Assembly (NCBI GenBank): GCA_040289515.1
Contig: PSLI01000016.1
Location: 1 to 31,829 of the forward strand
DNA: 31,829 nucleotides
Source: Candidatus Sysuimicrobiota bacterium
Lineage (GTDB): Bacteria; Sysuimicrobiota; Sysuimicrobiia; Sysuimicrobiales; Sysuimicrobiaceae
Direction of reading: 5' to 3'
The notes under the pieces were generated by a model, which saw nothing but the letters and a program-made list of their open reading frames with translations, did no database searches and was not told the origin of the DNA. Of the stretch, positions 26,297 to 31,829 are shown piece after piece. Numbering within the stretch: position 1 is the stretch's first letter; each line of letters starts with the position of its first letter. The position numbers and the translations under genes were made by a program.

Positions 26297-27072
26297 GGCT
26301 GGAGGTGGAGGGCCTGCAGGTCCGGTACGGCGGTCAGGCGGTCCTGGACGGGGTGGGGCTCGTGGTGGACGCGGGGGAGCTGGTGGCCGTGTGCGGACCC
26401 AACGGGGCGGGCAAGAGCACCCTCCTGCGGTGTGTGGCCGGTCTGGTGAGGCCGCAGGGGGGTTCGGTGCGGGTGGACGGCCGGGAGGTGACCTCCCTGC
26501 CTCCCCGGGAGCGGGCGCGGCTGGTGGGCTACCTCCCCCAGGACCCCGCAGTACCCCACGGGCTGCGGTGCGCGGAGGTGGTGCGCCTGGGCCGGTACGC
26601 CGCCTCGGGCGGGTGGGCCGCGGGCTGGACTTCTTCCGACGACCGGGCCGCCGCGCAGGCCCTGCAAGCAACACAGACCGCGCAGCTCGCGCAGCGCCCC
26701 GTGCAGCACACCAGCGGTGGGGAGCGGCAGCGCGTGCTCCTGGCCCGGGTTCTGGCTCAGGGAGCACGGTTGCTGGCCCTCGACGAGCCCACCGCTCACC
26801 TTGACCTGGGCCACCAGGTGCAGGTGGTGGACCTGCTGCGGCGGCTGGCGCAAGAGGGCTACGGGATCCTCGCGGCGACCCATGACCTCAACCTGGCCTC
26901 TCTGTTCTTCGACCGCGTGGTGCTCCTGTGGCGAGGTCGCGTGCTCGTCCACGGTCGCCCGGAAGACGTCCTGCAACCCCACGTGGTGGGACGCGCCTAC
27001 GGGCCGTGGGCGCGCGTCTGGGCGCACCCGCACACGGGGTCTCCCGTGGTGCTGCCCCGGGTGTGGGGATGA
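26293..27072 (+). CDS. ABC ATP-binding protein (BtuD/FepC-like)
   Basis: GPNGAGKSTLL, YLPQ, SGGERQRV.LAR.LAQ, LDEPTAHLD..HQ, HDLNLA. Confidence 0.9.
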   Translation: MRLEVEGLQVRYGGQAVLDGVGLVVDAGELVAVCGPNGAGKSTLLRCVAGLVRPQGGSVRVDGREVTSLPPRERARLVGYLPQDPAVPHGLRCAEVVRLGRYAASGGWAAGWTSSDDRAAAQALQATQTAQLAQRPVQHTSGGERQRVLLARVLAQGARLLALDEPTAHLDLGHQVQVVDLLRRLAQEGYGILAATHDLNLASLFFDRVVLLWRGRVLVHGRPEDVLQPHVVGRAYGPWARVWAHPHTGSPVVLPRVWG

Positions 27073-27749
27073 GGGGCGGGTTACGGGTGGCCATCGACGG
27101 CCCCATGGGTGCGGGCAAGGGTACGGTGGCCCGGCTGGTGGCGCGGCGCCTGGGCTACCGCTACGTCGACACCGGGGCCATGTACCGGGCGGTGGCTTGG
27201 AAGGCGCTGCGGGAGGGCGTGGACCTGGATGACCCGGAGGCGGTGGCCTGTGTAGTCTGCAAGGCCCGGGTGCAGCTGGAGCCCGAACCAGATGGGCTGC
27301 GGGTGTGGTGCGACGGGGAGGATGTGACGGGGCTCATCCGCTCAATGGAGGTATCCGCCGCAGTGAGCCGGGTGGCCGCCAACCCCGCTGTCCGCCAGGT
27401 GCTCACCCAACAGCAGCGCGAGCTGGCGCGGTGGGGCGGGGTGGTGATGGAGGGGCGGGACATCGGCACCGTGGTGCTCCCGGATGCGGAGGTGAAGGTG
27501 TTCCTGGACGCCTCCCTGGAGGAGCGGGCCCGCCGGCGGTACGAGGAGATGCGGTCCCGCGGGGAAGCGGTGTCTTTGGAGGCGGTGCGGGAGCTGATCC
27601 GAAAGGACGACGAGCTGGCCTCGCGCCGGCCCACCGCGCCGCTGCGCCGGGCTTCGGACGCGGTGGTCGTGGACACCACGGGGCGAAGCCCGGAAGAGGT
27701 GGCAGAGGAGATCGTGCACCTGGTGCGGGAGCGGGCGGGGGCGCGCTGA
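27069..27749 (+). CDS. cmk: Cytidylate kinase
   Basis: AIDGP.GAGKGT, DTGAMYRA, VMEGRDIGTVVLPDA.VK.FL.AS...RA.RR. Confidence 0.96.
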   Translation: MRGGLRVAIDGPMGAGKGTVARLVARRLGYRYVDTGAMYRAVAWKALREGVDLDDPEAVACVVCKARVQLEPEPDGLRVWCDGEDVTGLIRSMEVSAAVSRVAANPAVRQVLTQQQRELARWGGVVMEGRDIGTVVLPDAEVKVFLDASLEERARRRYEEMRSRGEAVSLEAVRELIRKDDELASRRPTAPLRRASDAVVVDTTGRSPEEVAEEIVHLVRERAGAR

Positions 27750-27752
27750 CCT

Positions 27753-28448
27753 ATGGAGGGGACGTTGCGTGCGCGGAACCTTAGCGACAGCCGGGTCGGC
27801 GACTGGGTGTACCGCGCAAGCCGGCTGGTGATCCGCGGCATGCTGTACAGCGTGTTCCGCATGGAGGTGACGGGCAGGGAGCACGAACCGGCTTCCGGTG
27901 CGTACCTGGCGGTGTCCAACCACTGGAGCGCCTTCGACCCACCCGTGCTGGGCGCCGCCCTGCGCCGCAAGGTACACTTCATGGCCAAGCACGAGCTGTT
28001 CCGGATTCCCCTGCTGCGCAGCTGGATGTACTGCATCGGGACCTTCCCCGTCCGCCGGGGTGAGCCCGACCGGCAGGCCGTCCGCACCGCCCTGCAGGTG
28101 TTGGAGCGCGGCGGGGTGGTGGGGATGTTCCCCGAAGGCACCCGTAACCCACGCGGCTACCTGCTGCCAGCAGAGCCGGGGGCCGCCTTCCTGGCCCTGA
28201 AGGCGCGGGTGCCCATCCTCCCCGTGGGGATCCTGGGGACCCTGGAGGTGCTCCCCAAGGGCGCGTGGGTGCCGCGTGTGCGCAAGATCCGGGTGCGCAT
28301 CGGACCGGCGTTCCGCCTGGACGACCTGGAGGGTCAGCCGGACCGGCTGCAGCGGGCCGGCGACCGCATTATGACCGCCATCGCGGAGCTTTTGGGAGTC
28401 CCCCCACCGGTACCCCCGGGCCAGCGCGCGGGCCGGGTGGCCCCGTGA
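27753..28448 (+). CDS. plsC: 1-acyl-sn-glycerol-3-phosphate acyltransferase
   Basis: NHxSxxD (NHWSAFD), FMAK.ELF, FPEGTR, PILPV. Confidence 0.9.
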   Translation: MEGTLRARNLSDSRVGDWVYRASRLVIRGMLYSVFRMEVTGREHEPASGAYLAVSNHWSAFDPPVLGAALRRKVHFMAKHELFRIPLLRSWMYCIGTFPVRRGEPDRQAVRTALQVLERGGVVGMFPEGTRNPRGYLLPAEPGAAFLALKARVPILPVGILGTLEVLPKGAWVPRVRKIRVRIGPAFRLDDLEGQPDRLQRAGDRIMTAIAELLGVPPPVPPGQRAGRVAP

Positions 28449-28466
28449 TATGCTGGAGGTCGAGCG

Positions 28467-29318
28467 ATGCGGGTCGTGGTCGCCAGGCACATGGGATTCT
28501 GCGGGGGCGTTCGCCGGGCCGTGGATATGGCTGCCAGGTCCGCCCGCAACAGCCCCGCGGGAGCCGTCACGTGGGGACCCCTGATCCACAACCCCCAGGA
28601 GGTAGCGCGGCTGCAGCGGGAAGGCGTGCGGGTTGCGCAGCGGCCCGAGGACCTGGATGGCGGCACCTTTGTGGTGTCCGCCTACGGGGTGGCCTCCGCG
28701 GTGCTGGAGGCCGCGCGCCAGCGCGGCATGGCAGTGGTGGACGCCACCTGCCCCGTGGTGACCCGCGCCCACGAGCTGGCGGAGCGCTTGGCGGAGGAGG
28801 GCTACTTCGTGGTGGCGGTGGGCGACCACGGCCACCCTGAGATGGTCACCCTGAAGGAAAAGCTGGGGGACCGGGTGGCGGTGGTGCACACCCCGGAGGA
28901 GGCGGCGCAGCTCCGGCTGCGGGGCAAGGTGGGGGTGGTCTCCCAGACGACCCAATCCCTAGAGAACTTCCGGCGCATCGTGGCGGACATCGTCACGCGG
29001 ACCAAAGAGACGAAGGTGATCAACACCCTGTGCCCCGCCATCACCGTGCGGCAGGAGGAGACCCAGCGGATGGTGGAGGAGGTGGACGTGCTGCTGGTGG
29101 TGGGCGGCCGTGGTAGCTCCAACACCACCCGGCTGGCGGAGATCGGCCGCCAGCGCGGGGTAGCCACCTACCACGTGGAGACCGCGGAGGAGCTGCAACT
29201 CTCCTGGTTCGCCCCGCACGCTACGGTGGGCGTGGTGTCCGGTGCCTCCACCCCGGACTGGATCATCGAGCGGATCCTGCTGCGTCTGGAGGAGATCCGC
29301 GCCGAACTGGGCGCTTGA
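28467..29318 (+). CDS. ispH: 4-hydroxy-3-methylbut-2-enyl diphosphate reductase
   Basis: GFC.GV.RA, IHNP, DATCP, HPE, SQTT, NTLC....RQ, SSNT, GASTP. All three Fe-S Cys residues are present. Confidence 0.96.
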   Translation: MRVVVARHMGFCGGVRRAVDMAARSARNSPAGAVTWGPLIHNPQEVARLQREGVRVAQRPEDLDGGTFVVSAYGVASAVLEAARQRGMAVVDATCPVVTRAHELAERLAEEGYFVVAVGDHGHPEMVTLKEKLGDRVAVVHTPEEAAQLRLRGKVGVVSQTTQSLENFRRIVADIVTRTKETKVINTLCPAITVRQEETQRMVEEVDVLLVVGGRGSSNTTRLAEIGRQRGVATYHVETAEELQLSWFAPHATVGVVSGASTPDWIIERILLRLEEIRAELGA

Positions 29319-29427
29319 CCGTACCGCCTCACCCTCACCACCCGACCGGAGCCCGGCGAGCCTTCGCCGATCCAAAACCTACTGCCCGCGAGGGGCGCAG
29401 GCCACCGCCGCGGAGGGCATGAGGCTC

Positions 29428-30771
29428 ATGTCGGATCCCAACCTACCCCTGGTGGCCCTGGTGGGGCGTCCCAACGTGGGAAAGTCCGCCCTGTTCAACC
29501 GGATCGCGCGCCGGCGGCTGGCCATCGTGGAGGATACCCCGGGTGTGACGCGGGACCGGCTGTACGCGGAGGTGGAGTGGTCCACGCGCCGCCTCATGCT
29601 GGTGGACACGGGCGGCTACGTGTCCCGCCCGGAAGATCCCCTGGGGGAGCGCGTGCGCCGGCAGGCCCAGCAGGCGGTGGAGGAGGCCGACGTGGTGGTG
29701 CTCGTGGTGGACGCACAGACGGGTTTGGTACCCGCGGACTATGAGGTGGCGGAGGTGCTGCGCAGGTCGGGCAAGCCCGTGGTGGTGGCGGTGAACAAGG
29801 TGGACAGCCCAGGCCCTGGAGCCGCAGAAGTCGCAGAGTTCTCCGCCCTCGGCCTGGGCGAGCCCCTGCCCGTGTCGGCCCTGCACGGCCTACGGGTGGG
29901 GGAGTTACTGGACCGGGTGATTGAGCACCTGCCGCCCCCAGGACCGGAAGAAGCGCTGGAGGAGCCCGTGCGCGTCGCGGTGGTGGGCCGGCCCAACGTG
30001 GGCAAGTCCTCCCTGGTGAACACCCTCGTGGGCGCGGAGCGGGTGGTGGTGGACGCGCGGCCCGGCACCACGCGGGACGCCGTGGACACGTGGCTGCGGC
30101 ACCGGGACCGCCCCGTGGTGTTGGTGGACACCGCGGGGCTGCGGCGCCGTGCGCGGGTCTCGGAGGCGTTGGAGTTCTACAGCGTGCGGCGGGCCCTGCA
30201 GGCCCTGGACCGCTCCCACGTGGCGATCCTGGTGGTGGACGCCTCCGAAGGGGTGACCGACCAGGACCAGCGCATCGCTCGAGAGGTGGTGGACCGCGGC
30301 AAGGCCCTGGTGGTGGTGGCCAACAAGTGGGATCTGGTGAGGGGGCCGGTGGCGGAGGAACGGGCGCAGCAGCTGCACCACGCCCTGCGCCACGTGTCCT
30401 TCGCTCCGGTGCTGTTCGTGTCCGCGAAGACGGGACGCAACGTATCTCGCATCCTGGATGCCGCCCTGCGGGTGGACCGCGCGCACGCCCTGCGGGTGCC
30501 CACCGGGCCCCTCAACCGCGCCGTGGAGGCCGCGGAGGCTGCTCACCCCGCTCCCGCGGACTCCCGGGGCCGGCCCCTGAAGATCTACTATGCCACCCAG
30601 GTGAGCACCCGGCCTCCCACGGTGGCGCTGTTCGTGAACTACCCGGAGGTGGCCACCGAAGCGTACCTGCGCCACCTGGAGGCCCGGCTGCGGGAGCGGT
30701 TTGACTTCGAGGGCACGCCCATCCGGTTTGTGCTGAGGGCCCGCAGGCCGCGCGGGGAGGCGCGAGCGTGA
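29428..30771 (+). CDS. der: Ribosome biogenesis GTPase Der (EngA)
   Basis: Two G domains (GRPNVGKS twice, DTGG/DTAG, NKVD/NKWD) and a KH-like C-terminus (FDFEGTPI). Start is 29428 or 29419. Confidence 0.97.
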   Translation: MSDPNLPLVALVGRPNVGKSALFNRIARRRLAIVEDTPGVTRDRLYAEVEWSTRRLMLVDTGGYVSRPEDPLGERVRRQAQQAVEEADVVVLVVDAQTGLVPADYEVAEVLRRSGKPVVVAVNKVDSPGPGAAEVAEFSALGLGEPLPVSALHGLRVGELLDRVIEHLPPPGPEEALEEPVRVAVVGRPNVGKSSLVNTLVGAERVVVDARPGTTRDAVDTWLRHRDRPVVLVDTAGLRRRARVSEALEFYSVRRALQALDRSHVAILVVDASEGVTDQDQRIAREVVDRGKALVVVANKWDLVRGPVAEERAQQLHHALRHVSFAPVLFVSAKTGRNVSRILDAALRVDRAHALRVPTGPLNRAVEAAEAAHPAPADSRGRPLKIYYATQVSTRPPTVALFVNYPEVATEAYLRHLEARLRERFDFEGTPIRFVLRARRPRGEARA

Positions 30772-31370
30772 CGGGTCCGTGGGTGGTGCTGGCCAGTTAC
30801 CTGCTGGGCTCCGTCCCCACGGGTCTGTGGCTGGTGCGGGCGGTCCTGGGCGTGGACGTGCGCCGGCACGGCAGCGGCAACATCGGCACCGTCAACGTGT
30901 ATCGGGTGGCGGGCCCGTGGTTGGGGAGTGCGGTGCTGTTCCTGGACTTGGCCAAGGGAGCCCTGCCGGTGTTGGCCACCCGCACCCTCGGGCTGGATTC
31001 CGCGTGGTCGGTGGCCGCGGGGCTGTGCAGCATCGCGGGACACAACTGGTCGGTGTTCCTGGGATTCCGGGGAGGCAAGGGGATCGCCACCAGCTTCGGA
31101 GTTCTGCTGGCCCTCTCCCCGCGGGGAGCAGCCGTGGCGTGTCTGCTGTGGGTGGTGGCGGTGGCCCTCACGCGGTATGCGTCCGTGGGGAGCGTGCTGG
31201 CCATGCTGTCGGTGCCGGTCACGATGCTGGTGTGGCGCGAGCCCACATCCCACGTGGCGTTCGGATTGTCCGCGGCCCTGATGGGCCTGGTGCGCCACCG
31301 GTCCAACCTCCTGCGGCTGATGGAGGGGACGGAGTTGCGCATCACGGACCGGCCGAAGGATCGCGGGTGA
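30768..31370 (+). CDS. plsY: Glycerol-3-phosphate acyltransferase
   Basis: YLLGS.P, GSGNIG..N..R, D..KG, GH.WS.FL.FRGGKG.AT, RH.SN..RL..G.E. Confidence 0.96.
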   Translation: MTGPWVVLASYLLGSVPTGLWLVRAVLGVDVRRHGSGNIGTVNVYRVAGPWLGSAVLFLDLAKGALPVLATRTLGLDSAWSVAAGLCSIAGHNWSVFLGFRGGKGIATSFGVLLALSPRGAAVACLLWVVAVALTRYASVGSVLAMLSVPVTMLVWREPTSHVAFGLSAALMGLVRHRSNLLRLMEGTELRITDRPKDRG

Positions 31371-31829
31371 AGGTCCTGGTGTACGGGGCTGGCGCGGTGG
31401 GCTCCCTGCTGGGCGCAGCCCTGGCCCGTGCGGGCGCGCGTGTCACCCTCTTGGGCCGGGCGCCGCACGGGCAGGCCGCGGCCCGGGAAGGGCTCCGGGT
31501 GGACGGGCCGGCCGGGACGGGCCTGCGGGTGTCCCTGCGCGCTGTCAGCCGCGTGCAGGAGCTGGACGCTCCGTTCGACGTGTTGCTGGTCACCGTCAAG
31601 GGTTACGACACCCACCGTGCGGCTCCGGAGCTACCGAGCCTGCTGGCGCCGGATGGGCGTGCGGTGTGTTTTCAGAACGGCGTTGGCCATGAGGAGATCC
31701 TGGCGCGGTACGTGGGTGGCACCGTGTGGTGGCTGCAGCCCTGACCACCAGCGTTTCCTTGCCTGCGTCCGGGCACGTGCTCCAGCACACCCGCGGGGGG
31801 TTGTCAGCAGTTGCGCTATTTCATAGGTA
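31367..31829 (+). CDS. panE: 2-dehydropantoate 2-reductase (partial), with an apparent frameshift near 31717
   Basis: KVLVYGAGAVG, LVTVKGYD, FQNGVG. After RYVG the family-like text continues in another frame (HRVVAAALTTSVSLPASGHV) to the window end. Confidence 0.8.

Noticed and set aside
29319..29427. Intergenic hairpin CGGCGA-gcct-TCGCCG (29354-29369) as a terminator or ncRNA
   Set aside because: A 6-bp stem with no adjacent U-tract on the plus strand and no recognisable RNA family. It is likely by chance at this GC content.
147..31826. The many long overlapping or antisense ORFs in the track (e.g. 199-1518 -, 7679-9247 +, 21089-22750 -, 27342-28955 -)
   Set aside because: These are Pro/Arg/Gly/His-rich shadow frames of real genes, expected at high GC, with no family motifs.
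1..31829. CRISPR arrays, tRNA/rRNA genes, IS elements, prophage or defence genes
   Set aside because: No spaced direct repeats, RNA gene signatures, or transposase, integrase or phage-like ORFs were found by reading the sequence.

Overview
High-GC (about 70% by eye) bacterial window with two parts. About 1-21 kb is an accessory catabolic and transport region. It holds an FbpABC/AfuABC-type ABC system with three paralogous substrate-binding proteins and a dislocated ATPase, plus a HAD hydrolase, an FAD oxidoreductase, DUF502, a ThDP enzyme, a class II aldolase-fold protein, a PheA/TfdB-type monooxygenase, an IclR regulator divergent from a CMD-like / catechol 2,3-dioxygenase / OsmC-like / pobA operon, an SLC13-TrkA-C permease and a thiolase. 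The 8.7-13.6 kb part is visibly decayed, with frameshifts, a probable TGG>TAG stop and gene fragments, including an unannotated remnant resembling 4,5-dihydroxyphthalate decarboxylase. About 21-31.8 kb is a tightly coupled housekeeping run: lysA, site-2 protease, scpA, scpB, D,D-carboxypeptidase, btuF-like and btuD-like genes with no permease, cmk, plsC, ispH, der, plsY and a frameshifted panE. The best candidate for an undescribed system is an IclR-controlled hydroxyaromatic-acid pathway with shared GTTC-N9-GAAC operators that pairs PobA with a meta-cleavage VOC dioxygenase and CMD- and OsmC-like accessory proteins. No rRNA, tRNA, CRISPR array or transposase was seen. All family assignments come from motif recognition by eye; no database search was run.
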